This document shows positions 29,248-39,595 of a DNA stretch of 64,000 bases, in pieces. The first letter of the stretch is position 1, and the number at the start of each line of letters is the position of its first letter. The notes beneath the pieces were generated by a model. The model was not told where the DNA came from. It did not search any database and saw nothing but the letters and a program-made list of their open reading frames with translations. Origin of the DNA: an uncultured Thermodesulfobacteriota bacterium (GTDB lineage Bacteria > Desulfobacterota > JBBIRW01); the NCBI GenBank assembly GCA_964505185.1, contig CAZDGM010000006.1, positions 10,944 through 74,943 of the forward strand. Direction: 5' to 3'. Position numbers and translations under genes: made by a program.

Positions 29248-30417
29248 TCAGCGAAAGGCATCAAATTCAGTTATCTTCTGTCCAAGGATAAGAATATGAA
29301 TATCATGTGTACCCTCATATGTTTTTACCGTTTCCAGATTACACATATGTCTCATTACAGGATACTCATCAACAATCCCATTTGCTGCAAGTATATCCCT
29401 TGCCATCCGTGCACATTCAAGAGCCATATTCACATTATTCATCTTCGCCATTGATATCTGGGCGTAGTTGGCCTTTCCCTCATCCTTAAGTCTCCCAAGA
29501 CGATATGATAGTAATTGAGCTTTTGTTATTTCTGTTAACATCCACACAAGCTTCTGCTGGGCGAGTTGCTTTGATGCAAGAGGTTTTCCAAATACGATAC
29601 GGTTTTTTGAATAGTTAAGGGCAACCTCATAACATTCCATTGCTACACCGATTGCTCCCCAGGAGATCCCATATCTTGCCTGACTCAAACACATAAGGGC
29701 ATTTTTAAGACCGATTGTACCAGGAAGGAGGTTCTCTTCTGGTATCCTGCAGTCTTCAAACACAAGTTCGGATGTTATTGATGCCCTTAAGGAGAGCTTA
29801 CCCTTGATATCGTTTGCTTTAAATCCAGGGGTTCCCTTCTCTACAAGAAATCCCCTTATTGTTCCATCATCCGTCTTTGCCCATACGACAGCAACATCTG
29901 CTATTGATCCATTTGTTATCCACATCTTTGTTCCGTTTATGATATAACTTTTACCATCCTTCTTAGCCCTCGTTCTCATTCCTCCTGGATCAGAACCGAA
30001 ATCCGGTTCTGTTAGACCAAAACAACCAATTGCCTCTCCTTTCGCAAGCTTTGGTAACCAGTAACTTTTTTGTTCCTCTGATCCAAATGTGTATATGGGA
30101 TACATCACGAGTGAGCCCTGGACAGAAACAAAGCTCCTAATCGAACTATCCCCTCTTTCGAGCTCCTGCATAACAAGACCATAGGCCACGTTATTCATTC
30201 CAGCACAACCATAACCATGAAGATTTGCACCCAGAAGTCCGAGCTTTGCAATCTCTGGAATAAGATGGAGAGGGAATTGACACTTTTGATTGTATTCCTC
30301 GATTATCGGTTTTACCCTATCATTTACAAATTGCCTCACCACATCCCTTGTGATTCTTTCCTCTTCAGTTAACAGCTCATCAATTTGGTAAAAATCGACA
30401 CCCCTGAGTGACGACAT
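29248..30417 (-). CDS. gcdH: Glutaryl-CoA dehydrogenase-like acyl-CoA dehydrogenase
   Basis: ELERGDS, CFGLTEPDFGSDP, KMWITNG, KLSLRASIT, QARYGISWG and TYEGTHDIH motifs. Confidence 0.88.
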   Translation of the reverse strand: MSSLRGVDFYQIDELLTEEERITRDVVRQFVNDRVKPIIEEYNQKCQFPLHLIPEIAKLGLLGANLHGYGCAGMNNVAYGLVMQELERGDSSIRSFVSVQGSLVMYPIYTFGSEEQKSYWLPKLAKGEAIGCFGLTEPDFGSDPGGMRTRAKKDGKSYIINGTKMWITNGSIADVAVVWAKTDDGTIRGFLVEKGTPGFKANDIKGKLSLRASITSELVFEDCRIPEENLLPGTIGLKNALMCLSQARYGISWGAIGVAMECYEVALNYSKNRIVFGKPLASKQLAQQKLVWMLTEITKAQLLSYRLGRLKDEGKANYAQISMAKMNNVNMALECARMARDILAANGIVDEYPVMRHMCNLETVKTYEGTHDIHILILGQKITEFDAFR

Positions 30418-30429
30418 CTTATCTCTCCT

Positions 30430-31620
30430 TCATGTCTCTCTTCTTATAACCATGGCCATTGTGACACCTCCACCCCCGCAAATACCAGCAACACCGATTT
30501 CACCATTTATTCTCTTCAGTGCATAATATAGTGTTATAAGAATTCTCGCTCCGCTCATCCCTGTTGGATGTCCAAGGGCTATTGCCCCACCATGTATGTT
30601 AAGCCTCCCTCTGTCCCATTTAAGAACCCTTTCATTTGCAAGAATCTGTGCTGCAAACGCCTCATTGACCTCGATCAGGTCTGCATCGTTGAGGGTCATA
30701 CCTGCCTTTTTTAATGCCTGTGGAATTGAGACAGAGGGACCTTCACCCATAAGCGATGGCTCCACTGCTGCTGATGCATAAGAGATAACGGAAAAAAGAG
30801 GCTTCAGTCCCTTTGCCCTCGCAATATCCCTTGTTGTCAGGATTAGGGCAGCAGCTCCATCGGACATTCCGCATGCATTTCCCGCAGTGATGGTTCCATC
30901 CTTTCTGAATACGGGTTTTAACTTTGAAAGGGCTTCAAGGGATGTGTTCATCCTTACTGATTCATCCTTTGAGAATATTATATTCTGCCTCAATTCCTTG
31001 GAATACACCTCTATAGGAATAATCTCTTCGTCAAAATAGCCAAGCTTTTGCGCTTGAGATGCTTTCATATGACTTTCAAAGGCAAACTGATCCTGTTCCT
31101 CCCTTGAAATACCATATTTCTTCACCAGATTTTCTGCTGTTTCCCCCATACCCATGTTACACAGCGGATCAATTGTATCATTCCATCCATCCATAAGTAT
31201 CTTATCCCCCATTCTGAAGCCTTCCCATCTCACATTTTTGAGGATATAGGGTATAGTGCTCATGCTTTCCATTCCGCCTGCAATAACTATTTTTGCATCA
31301 CCAAGCATTATTGATTGAATCGCCATCTGAATACATTTCATCCCTGAGGGGCATGCCTTATTTATGGTTGTGCATGGGATGGTAACAGGGATCCCTGCCA
31401 GAACAGATGCCGTTCTTGCAGGATTTGGGCCATTCCCTGCCTGTCTTGTATTACCGAGGAGTACCTCATCAACTTCTGCGGGCTTAATGTCAGTTTTCTC
31501 AAGTACCCCCTTCATTACAGAGGCCCCTAGTTCATAAACCATTACATCACGCAGTGTTCCACCAAATTTTCCAATGGCAGTTCTTCCTGCACCAACTATC
31601 ACCACATCGTTTATCTTCAT
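30430..31620 (-). CDS. Acetyl-CoA acyltransferase (thiolase)
   Basis: NKACPSG (catalytic Cys), NEAFA, GGAIALGHP and ICGGGG motifs. Confidence 0.94.
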   Translation of the reverse strand: MKINDVVIVGAGRTAIGKFGGTLRDVMVYELGASVMKGVLEKTDIKPAEVDEVLLGNTRQAGNGPNPARTASVLAGIPVTIPCTTINKACPSGMKCIQMAIQSIMLGDAKIVIAGGMESMSTIPYILKNVRWEGFRMGDKILMDGWNDTIDPLCNMGMGETAENLVKKYGISREEQDQFAFESHMKASQAQKLGYFDEEIIPIEVYSKELRQNIIFSKDESVRMNTSLEALSKLKPVFRKDGTITAGNACGMSDGAAALILTTRDIARAKGLKPLFSVISYASAAVEPSLMGEGPSVSIPQALKKAGMTLNDADLIEVNEAFAAQILANERVLKWDRGRLNIHGGAIALGHPTGMSGARILITLYYALKRINGEIGVAGICGGGGVTMAMVIRRET

Positions 31621-33134
31621 TCTTCCTTTACCTTTGATCTTTCTGCCTCTCTCAAGATCCTTTTTAATATCTTTCCTGTGGGACTCTTGGGTATTTCCTT
31701 AACAAATTCTATCTCCTTTGGTGCCTTGTATGAAGCAATTCTCTCCTTACAAAAGGCGATTATTTCTTCAGCTGATGCCCTTTCTCCTTCTCTTAATATT
31801 ATAAAAGCCTTAACCCTTTCCCCGTATACTTTATCAGGAACACCTATAACCGCACATTCCAATACTGCAGGATGCTTGAACAGGACCTCTTCAACCTCGC
31901 GCGGCCAGATTTTGAACCCGGCAGAGTTAATCATATCCTTTACCCTATCCACAATATAAAAGTATCCATCATCGTCAGTCATCCCAATATCTCCAGAATG
32001 AAGCCACCCGTTCCTTATCGTTTTTTCCGTTTCCTCAGGTTTATTGTAATAGCCCTTCATAACATTTGGACCTTTTATAACTATCTCCCCAAGCTGCCCC
32101 GGTGGCAGCTGCACACCATTTTCATCAACAACTTTCATCTCCACATTTTCAATGGGTGTTCCTATTGATCCCGACCTGTATTTTATATCGTGATTATAAG
32201 AAGCAAAAGGGGTTGTTTCTGTAAGACCGTAACCTTCATATATTGTAAGACCAAACGTTTCTTTCCATTTTTTTGAAACCTCCGCGGGCATCGATGCTGC
32301 GGCTGAAAAACAGTATCCAAGTGATTTAAGGAAAGGGTATGTCTTTTCTTCATTAAGTAGCATAATGTATATTGTTGGAACTCCAAAGAATCTCGTAACT
32401 CTGTTGCTTTTTATGGAATTTACTATCTCATCAAGCTCAAATTTTTTATGAAGAATAAGTGTTGCACCACGGCATATGCATGAATTCATTATAAAATTTT
32501 GACCGAAAGAATGATAAAGTGGAAGAAAACATATCAGGATATCTTCGGGTTTCATTAGTGTGTGATGAATTGCGGAGAAAGAGTTTGATATTACATTTCC
32601 ATGGGTAAGCATTGCACCCTTGGGTTTTCCCGTTGTTCCAGACGTATATATTATCGATGCAACATCATCCTTCTCCATTTCCATAATACTCAGTTCATCA
32701 TGGGATTTCTCCATCATCTCTTTATAGGAGATGCCCTTATCACACTTTTCGCCAATTATAATTATGTTTCTCAATCTTTCAGAGATATCAAGTTCAGGTA
32801 TATTCTGAATTAGTTCCTCAGTGGTTACAAGGGTATTTGCTTCTGAATCCTCGATAACATATGAAACTTCATCCCTTTTCCATAATGATGAAATAGAAAC
32901 AGCTATTGCGCCTATTTTTACAATGCCAAAAAAGCATATTATGAATTCCGGAATATTGGGAAGATAAATGCAAACCTTATCCCCCTTTTTTACTCCAATA
33001 CTTTTAAGAATATTTCCAAATCTATTGCTTAGTCTTTCAATATCACGATAGCTAAAGCTGCTTCTGCCAAATACAATTGCATCCTTTTCAGGAAAATATA
33101 TTGATGATCTCCTGAGATTAAAACCTAAATTCAT
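31617..33134 (-). CDS. Long-chain fatty-acid/acyl-CoA ligase (AMP-forming)
   Basis: YTSGTTGKPKG, EGYGLTET, SGDIG, DRVKDMI and TGKILKR motifs. Confidence 0.94.
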   Translation of the reverse strand: MNLGFNLRRSSIYFPEKDAIVFGRSSFSYRDIERLSNRFGNILKSIGVKKGDKVCIYLPNIPEFIICFFGIVKIGAIAVSISSLWKRDEVSYVIEDSEANTLVTTEELIQNIPELDISERLRNIIIIGEKCDKGISYKEMMEKSHDELSIMEMEKDDVASIIYTSGTTGKPKGAMLTHGNVISNSFSAIHHTLMKPEDILICFLPLYHSFGQNFIMNSCICRGATLILHKKFELDEIVNSIKSNRVTRFFGVPTIYIMLLNEEKTYPFLKSLGYCFSAAASMPAEVSKKWKETFGLTIYEGYGLTETTPFASYNHDIKYRSGSIGTPIENVEMKVVDENGVQLPPGQLGEIVIKGPNVMKGYYNKPEETEKTIRNGWLHSGDIGMTDDDGYFYIVDRVKDMINSAGFKIWPREVEEVLFKHPAVLECAVIGVPDKVYGERVKAFIILREGERASAEEIIAFCKERIASYKAPKEIEFVKEIPKSPTGKILKRILREAERSKVKEE

Positions 33135-33146
33135 ATATTAACCATT

Positions 33147-34115
33147 TCATGCAGTTTTTCTCTGTTTTTCCTCATCAAAATCAATCCCGAATCTCTTACG
33201 TTCAATAGCCTTTATAATATATGTAACAATTTTATTGAACGGAACATCTATTGCAAGTTTTTCAGCCTCTTTTACAACCGCATAATTTATAAAATCTATC
33301 TCCGTTCTTCTTCCAGCAAGAAAATCCTGTAGCATTGATACCTTGTTATCCTTAACACCGAGTAGGGCTTTCTCAACGTATTCAACCGGTTTCTCAAGCT
33401 CTGAGAACCAGATGTTCTTCGCCTTTGCAACATTTGCCGTTTCAATAGCAATCTGTCTGATAAGTTCCATGGTATAAGGATTGCTGTAAAGCTCACTCCC
33501 TGTCATATCTACAATTGCCGCAATTGCATTGACCGCCGCATTAGCCAGAAGCTTTCTCCATATAAATGGCATTATGTCATTTACTATCTCTGTTTTTATG
33601 CCTGCTTTATCGAAAGCAGCTCCTATTTTGAAAAGAAATGGATCGATTAATCCTGAGTACATTCCAATTACAAGATTCCCGTAACCCCCCACATATTTTA
33701 TGCTGTTGGGTCCAAGCATCATTGCGCTATGCGCGGTTACTCCCCCTATCACCCTTTCCTTACCAGCATATTGTGAAATGATTTCAAGATTGCCTATACC
33801 ATTTTGAACCGAAAGGAAGTATGTATTCTCACTTGCCATTAACAGCGCGCCTCTTATGGCTGATTCAGTATGATATGACTTGACACATATCTGAATAAGA
33901 TCTACCTTTCCGATCTCTTCTGGATTGCTCGTTATTTTAACCTTTACATTTTGCTCCTTTGCATCCCCTTCTCTGAGAATCCAAAGTCCTTCCCTTTTTA
34001 TTAAGCCAACCCTATTTTTATCTATTTCGAGAAGCCATACATCGCAACCAGCCATAGTAAGAAGAGCACCAAAGGTGCCCCCCAATGCCCCTGCCCCAAC
34101 AATTGCAAATTTCAT
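33147..34115 (-). CDS. panE: Ketopantoate reductase family (ApbA/PanE)
   Basis: GAGALG, VKSY, QNGIG, WRKLLAN, SMLQD and TEIDFIN motifs. Confidence 0.88.
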   Translation of the reverse strand: MKFAIVGAGALGGTFGALLTMAGCDVWLLEIDKNRVGLIKREGLWILREGDAKEQNVKVKITSNPEEIGKVDLIQICVKSYHTESAIRGALLMASENTYFLSVQNGIGNLEIISQYAGKERVIGGVTAHSAMMLGPNSIKYVGGYGNLVIGMYSGLIDPFLFKIGAAFDKAGIKTEIVNDIMPFIWRKLLANAAVNAIAAIVDMTGSELYSNPYTMELIRQIAIETANVAKAKNIWFSELEKPVEYVEKALLGVKDNKVSMLQDFLAGRRTEIDFINYAVVKEAEKLAIDVPFNKIVTYIIKAIERKRFGIDFDEEKQRKTA

Positions 34116-34162
34116 ATGAATTATACCCCTTTTTTAAAACATTGTATCGCAATTTTAAAAAA

Positions 34163-34178
34163 TGCAAATTAAATGCCA
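34163..34178 (-). promoter_or_regulatory. sigma54 promoter of the panE-ligase-thiolase-gcdH-aor operon
   Basis: Minus strand TGGCATTTAATTTGCA = GG-N10-GC consensus, about 48 bp upstream of the panE ATG. Confidence 0.8.
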
Positions 34179-34287
34179 TCCACTGGGCGAAAGAATTAAA
34201 ATGATATTTCAAATTTCCTTTTAATTTCAACTATTTACAAAGGGATCCTTCTTACAGCATCGTTTATGGAGGGGTGGGGTTTTAAAA

Positions 34288-34368
34288 AGTATATAAATTT
34301 GGACAGATTATATATGCCCCCTATTTTTTCGAGATTTTCAGCAGATGTCTTGTCCAAAATATTAGACC
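34288..34368. promoter_or_regulatory. Putative bEBP upstream activating sequences (two inverted 18-bp sites)
   Basis: AGTATATAAATTTGGACA (34288-34305) and TGTCCAAAATATTAGACC (34351-34368) resemble TGTC-N10-GACA and lie 110-190 bp upstream of the sigma54 promoter. Confidence 0.55.
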
Positions 34369-34374
34369 CCACAG

Positions 34375-36501
34375 CTATAGATTCGATACCTTCTTTTTCC
34401 CTATGTTATATTTTTTAAGCTTGGCATATAGTGTGGAGCGAGGGATACCGAGAAGCTTTGCTGCCTTGACCCGATTTCCATCGACAACTTTGAGTGCTGT
34501 TATAATTGTTTTCTTCTCAGCCTCAGCAATGGCCTCGGAAAGGCCTGCAACCTTCTCCTGTCTTTCCTCAGTCAATTCATTTCTAATATAGCTTGGAACA
34601 TCTTCAACTGTGAGAACCCTTTTGTCCGTTGAAATGATCATTCTTTCAAGCACATTCATGAGTTCTCTTACATTGCCGGGCCAATGGTATCTCATGAAAA
34701 TCTCCCTGACTTTCTCATCTATTTTTATCAGATCCTTTCCATACTTTTCGCAGATTTCCCTGAGAAAGTGGTCAATTAATAGGTCGATATCTTCTCTTCT
34801 TTCCCTCAGCGGTGGTAAATTTAAGGATACAACATTTAGCCTATAAAATAGATCTTCACGGAACCTCCCCTCTTCTATAAGCCTTCTTACATCCTTGTTT
34901 GTAGCCGAAATAATCCTTATATCTACTTTTATACTTTTTGTGCTACCCACCCTTTCAACCTCTTTTGTTTCGATAACCTTGAGGAGCTTTGCCTGCATCT
35001 CCAGAGGCATATCACCGATTTCATCAAGGAAAATGGTCCCACCATTTGCAAGTTCAAATTTACCAGGTTTCCCATCCTTCAGTGCACCCGTAAATGCCCC
35101 TTTTTCATAACCAAACAGTTCTGATTCAAGCAACTCCCTTGGTATTGCAGCACAGTTTACATGAATGAACTTATTTCGGCATCTGGGGCTTGCATTGTGG
35201 ATTGCCTGTGCAAAGAGATCTTTCCCGGTCCCGCTTTCACCGATAAGTAATATATTGGCATCTGTTCTTGCGTACTTAAGGGCCAGCTTTTTCAGTTCCT
35301 GTATCTGGCTGCTCTTTCCGATTATGGAGCTGAATGAGTATTTTACGGACCTCACAGCATCAAGCTCCTTTTCATAATATGCAACCTTGTTTTCGAGAAG
35401 CTCTACCTGTTTCATCAATGCTTCAAGCTCTGAAATGTCCTTAAAGATAATTTTTCCAATTGCACCAACAACCTGTCCGTCTTCAATTATGGGTATTCGC
35501 TCTGCTATTATATCTCTGCCCTTAAGTCTCTGTACCCATCCCACCTCCGGCTTACCCGTTTTTACAACAATGTGGAGTCTTGTATTTTCAATCACCTCTG
35601 TCACATGTTTGCCTATCATTTCACTTCTATCCATTCCAAGAAATTCTTCTGTTGCCCTGTTAACCATGGTGATAATGCCATCACGATTAACAACCGCTAT
35701 TCCATAAAATGATGTATCGAGAATTGTCTGAAGTGTGCTCAGATATCTCTTCGTCGTTCCAAGCTCTTCCATCAACTTTTCCAGATCGGTTATATCCTGA
35801 AAAACAGCAACAGCTCCAACAGGTTTTCCGCCTCTCATTATTGGAGTCCTGTTTGTTATAAGAATCTTATTTTCATAATAGAATTTTTGATTTATCTCAG
35901 GTTTTCCTGTTTTTATCACATCGAGTAGACGGGTATTTGGAACTATATTTAAGATATTCTTTCCTATAACCTCTTCAGAGGTTTTACCAAGGATTCTTTC
36001 TGCGGCTTTGTTAAATATTCTGATGGTTCCTTTCTCATCTATCGCTACTATTCCACTGTATGCGGAATTTATAACAAGCGAGAATTCTTCATATATATGA
36101 TTAATTGAGTGAAGTGCAATGGAAAGTAGGTCATCTTCGTTAATAATCATCGAAGGAATTCCATCGGGATTTATATAGATCATATATTTTTTCCACTTAA
36201 GATAAGCATTCAATATATCATAAACAGTCCAGTTATCGTTAACACAGAGAAATTCAGTTTCCATAAAATCTCTTACCCTATCTCCTACCCTATTTGTTTC
36301 CAGCTGATTTTTTTCAGAAATCTTTTTGAAAAAGGAATCCTTCTCGATAACACCCACAACCTGTCCAGCAGTATTTAAAATAGGTATAACACTTATCTCG
36401 GGATCATCAAATAATTTTACAGCCTGATTTATCGGGGAATCCGTATTGAGAACAGGGATTTTTTTTGTACTGATATTGTCAATTATATCTGAGAGCCTCA
36501 A
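34375..36501 (-). CDS. sigma54-dependent activator (CBS-CBS-PAS-PAS-AAA+-Fis HTH)
   Basis: GESGTGKDLFA, GAFTGA, FLDEIGDM, RFREDLFYRL, WPGNVREL and a C-terminal HTH; N-terminal CBS-like and two PAS-like repeats; TTG start. Confidence 0.94.
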   Translation of the reverse strand: MRLSDIIDNISTKKIPVLNTDSPINQAVKLFDDPEISVIPILNTAGQVVGVIEKDSFFKKISEKNQLETNRVGDRVRDFMETEFLCVNDNWTVYDILNAYLKWKKYMIYINPDGIPSMIINEDDLLSIALHSINHIYEEFSLVINSAYSGIVAIDEKGTIRIFNKAAERILGKTSEEVIGKNILNIVPNTRLLDVIKTGKPEINQKFYYENKILITNRTPIMRGGKPVGAVAVFQDITDLEKLMEELGTTKRYLSTLQTILDTSFYGIAVVNRDGIITMVNRATEEFLGMDRSEMIGKHVTEVIENTRLHIVVKTGKPEVGWVQRLKGRDIIAERIPIIEDGQVVGAIGKIIFKDISELEALMKQVELLENKVAYYEKELDAVRSVKYSFSSIIGKSSQIQELKKLALKYARTDANILLIGESGTGKDLFAQAIHNASPRCRNKFIHVNCAAIPRELLESELFGYEKGAFTGALKDGKPGKFELANGGTIFLDEIGDMPLEMQAKLLKVIETKEVERVGSTKSIKVDIRIISATNKDVRRLIEEGRFREDLFYRLNVVSLNLPPLRERREDIDLLIDHFLREICEKYGKDLIKIDEKVREIFMRYHWPGNVRELMNVLERMIISTDKRVLTVEDVPSYIRNELTEERQEKVAGLSEAIAEAEKKTIITALKVVDGNRVKAAKLLGIPRSTLYAKLKKYNIGKKKVSNL

Positions 36502-36512
36502 TTTTTAATACC

Positions 36513-37082
36513 TCAATTGATTTCTTTTCCCATTTTAAACGCCAATATATTCACCTCTTTATATTTTTCAGGGACCCTCTTTTCTATTGCCTTTATCCAT
36601 GCATTTTCATCGAAAGGAATATGATTGGATGCAGCTCCAAGCAGGACTATATTTACCGCCCTGGAATTTCCTGCCTGTTGAGCTATCTTAATTCCATCTA
36701 CAAATATCGCCCCTGATGAAGAAAGTATTTCATCAATATTTTCCGGATATTTTTCCTTTCCAGCAAGAACAGAGAGTGGATTGATTTTCATCCTGTTAAC
36801 AATAATTTTTCCATTCTTCTTTAAATAGCTCAGATATCGGAGACCTTCCAACTCTTCAAGTGCAATTATAAGATCACAAAAACCCTTTTCAACCAGCGGG
36901 GAAAAAACCTTATTCCCAAATTTAACATGAGATATAACACTTCCTCCCCTCTGTGACATTCCATGTATTTCTGCCTGTTTGACATCATAACCGGATATTA
37001 TTGCTGCTTCTGCAATGATATCACTGCACAGTATTATACCCTGCCCACCAACGCCAGTTATGATAATGCCCATCTGATTCAT
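36513..37082 (-). CDS. iorB: Indolepyruvate:ferredoxin oxidoreductase beta subunit; start at ATG 37082 overlapping the upstream stop
   Basis: GVGGQG, EIHGMSQRGGSV and NIVLLGA motifs. Confidence 0.93.
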   Translation of the reverse strand: MNQMGIIITGVGGQGIILCSDIIAEAAIISGYDVKQAEIHGMSQRGGSVISHVKFGNKVFSPLVEKGFCDLIIALEELEGLRYLSYLKKNGKIIVNRMKINPLSVLAGKEKYPENIDEILSSSGAIFVDGIKIAQQAGNSRAVNIVLLGAASNHIPFDENAWIKAIEKRVPEKYKEVNILAFKMGKEIN

Positions 37083-39595
37083 TAATGTATCTGTGCACAT
37101 ATTTCAATTGCCCCAAACTTGCATAGCTGCTGACATACCGTGCACCCCCTGCAAAGATCAGGATCAATGCTTACATATTTTTTACCATCCCCATCAGTTT
37201 TAAATTCCATTGCAATGCATCCGGCCTTTAGACATACACCGCATCCCGTGCATTTTTCCTTTATCACCGTCATTTTTTCAAACCAGATATTCTCAACAAG
37301 GACACAGGGCATCTCAACAATAATTACAGAGGGCTCATCTATATTTATTTCCCTTTTGATTATTTCTTCAGCCTCCGATATATTGTAGCTATTTATCTTA
37401 CTTACTCTTTTTATACCCACAGCCCTGACAATCGCCTCTATATCAATCTTGATTGTTTCCTCATTCTTTGCTGTTTTTCCTGTGCCAGGATGTGCCTGTC
37501 CTCCTGTCATAGCAGTTGTTCTATTATCAAGGACGATGATTGTTGAACTCCCTTTATTGTATGCTATATCTATAAGTGATGTTATACCTGAGTGGAAAAA
37601 TGTTGAATCTCCAATAACAGCAACCACTTTACCCCTTGCATCCTTTCCCATAGCCTTTTCTATTCCATGTGCCATACCTATGCTTGCACCCATGCATATA
37701 CAGCTATGGAGGGCTTCAATAGGAGAAAGGGCTGCAAGAGTATAACAACCAATATCACCTGATACAAACACTTTAAGCTTCCTCAGTGCTGTAAAAATAG
37801 CCCTGTGTGAACAACCCGGACATAGTGATGGATGCCTTACCGGTATATTTAGGTTCATTTCCTGAATTATTGACCTATCCGTATCATTTGATCTTAGACC
37901 AAAGGATTTACGAAGTAGGTCGGGTGTATATTCACCACACCTCGGTAAAATATCCTTGCCTACAACAGCTATACCCATTTCTTTTATCTGCTCCTCTAAA
38001 AAAGGATCGAGCTCCTCAATCACCAAAATTTTTTCAACTTCCGAGGCAAATTTTCGGATCAAATTATGTGGGATTGGATAAACCATTCCAAGTTTAAGAT
38101 ATGATGCATCAGGAAATACCTCTTTTGCATGATTGTAACAGATACCACTTGTTATGATACCAATTTTTCTATTTCCCCATTCAATACGGTTAATTGACAT
38201 TGTCTCAGCAGCAGTTGAAAGCTTCCTTATTCTATCCTCAACTATTGGATGTCTTAATCTTGCAAATGCAGGCATCATCACATATTTTGGAATATTTTTT
38301 TCTGGTTCAATTTTTGAATTCCCCTCTTCTCTATCCTCAAGTGTTACTATTCCCTTTGAATGTGAAATCCTTGTTGTTGTCCTTAATAATACAGGTGTAT
38401 CAAATTGCTCACTTATTTTAAAAGCTATCTTAACAAATTCTTTCGCTTCCATGCTATCAGATGGCTCAAGCATGGGTATCTTTGCAAACTTTGCATAGTT
38501 CCTATTATCCTGTTCATTCTGCGAACTATAAAGGTTGGGATCATCCGCTGTAACTATTACAAGACCACCCTTTATCCCTGTATATGAGAGTGTAAAAAGC
38601 GGATCAGAGGCAACATTAAGTCCGACATGTTTCATTGAAACAAGTGATCTTGCCCCAGCGATGGAAGAACCTATTGCAACTTCGAGAGCAACCTTTTCAT
38701 TTGGAGACCATTCGCAGTATACACCTTTATATTTTGTAAGAGCCTCAAGAATCTCTGTGCTTGGAGTTCCAGGATAGGCTGTTGCTACCTTTACATCTGC
38801 CTCATAAGCTCCTCTTGCAATTGCCTCGTTTCCAGAAAGTATAATCTTTGGTTTTTCTACTTTATAATCGGAAATTTTGTATCCCATATATGCCCTTTTC
38901 AATTTCTCCTTATCAAAAATTTCGTCAGAATTTCCCTGCATAACAATCCTTCCTGTTTCCATTACATATGCCCTTTTTGAAACACTCAAAGCAAGATTTG
39001 CATTCTGTTCAACAAGAAATATGGTCTTACCCTCCATTGAAAGTTTTTTAATTATATCGAATAACTCCCTTACAATCAGCGGTGACAGGCCCATTGATGG
39101 TTCATCCATTAATAGAAGTTTTGGTCTTGCCATCAATGCCCTTGCAAGTGCAAGCATCTGCTGTTCTCCACCAGAAAGCGTGCCTGCAATCTGTTTGTAT
39201 CTCTCTCTTAATATAGGAAAGAGATTCATTACATAATCCATATCTGCCTTTACCTCTGCATATTTTTTCTTTCTCAATCTCAAATAAGCACCAAGCTCAA
39301 GGTTTTCCATCACCGTCATATTGCAGAATATCTGCCTACCCTCAGGGACGTGAATTATACCAAGCTCAACGATCCTGTCAGGACTTTTATTCTGTATCTC
39401 TTGTCCCATGAAGATAATCTTTCCTTTCGCGGCCCTGATAAGACCTGAGATTGTATTTATAAGTGTTGTTTTGCCAGCACCATTTGCCCCTATAACTGCT
39501 ACAATCTCCCCCTCGTCAACATGGAGGTTTATCTCCTTTAAAGCCTCTATTTCGCCGTAATATGTGCTTACTCCGTTCAGTTTAAGAATGCTCAC
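37082..39595 (-). CDS. Fusion of LivF-type ABC ATPase (aa 1 to ~238) and indolepyruvate oxidoreductase alpha subunit IorA
   Basis: N-terminal GANGAGKTT, LSGGEQQM, DEPS and RAYMG; then LSGNEAIARG, YPGTPSTE, NEKVA, CPGCSH, GDIGCY, GDSTFFHSG and a C-terminal ferredoxin, in one 837-aa frame. Confidence 0.88.
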   Translation of the reverse strand: MSILKLNGVSTYYGEIEALKEINLHVDEGEIVAVIGANGAGKTTLINTISGLIRAAKGKIIFMGQEIQNKSPDRIVELGIIHVPEGRQIFCNMTVMENLELGAYLRLRKKKYAEVKADMDYVMNLFPILRERYKQIAGTLSGGEQQMLALARALMARPKLLLMDEPSMGLSPLIVRELFDIIKKLSMEGKTIFLVEQNANLALSVSKRAYVMETGRIVMQGNSDEIFDKEKLKRAYMGYKISDYKVEKPKIILSGNEAIARGAYEADVKVATAYPGTPSTEILEALTKYKGVYCEWSPNEKVALEVAIGSSIAGARSLVSMKHVGLNVASDPLFTLSYTGIKGGLVIVTADDPNLYSSQNEQDNRNYAKFAKIPMLEPSDSMEAKEFVKIAFKISEQFDTPVLLRTTTRISHSKGIVTLEDREEGNSKIEPEKNIPKYVMMPAFARLRHPIVEDRIRKLSTAAETMSINRIEWGNRKIGIITSGICYNHAKEVFPDASYLKLGMVYPIPHNLIRKFASEVEKILVIEELDPFLEEQIKEMGIAVVGKDILPRCGEYTPDLLRKSFGLRSNDTDRSIIQEMNLNIPVRHPSLCPGCSHRAIFTALRKLKVFVSGDIGCYTLAALSPIEALHSCICMGASIGMAHGIEKAMGKDARGKVVAVIGDSTFFHSGITSLIDIAYNKGSSTIIVLDNRTTAMTGGQAHPGTGKTAKNEETIKIDIEAIVRAVGIKRVSKINSYNISEAEEIIKREINIDEPSVIIVEMPCVLVENIWFEKMTVIKEKCTGCGVCLKAGCIAMEFKTDGDGKKYVSIDPDLCRGCTVCQQLCKFGAIEICAQIH

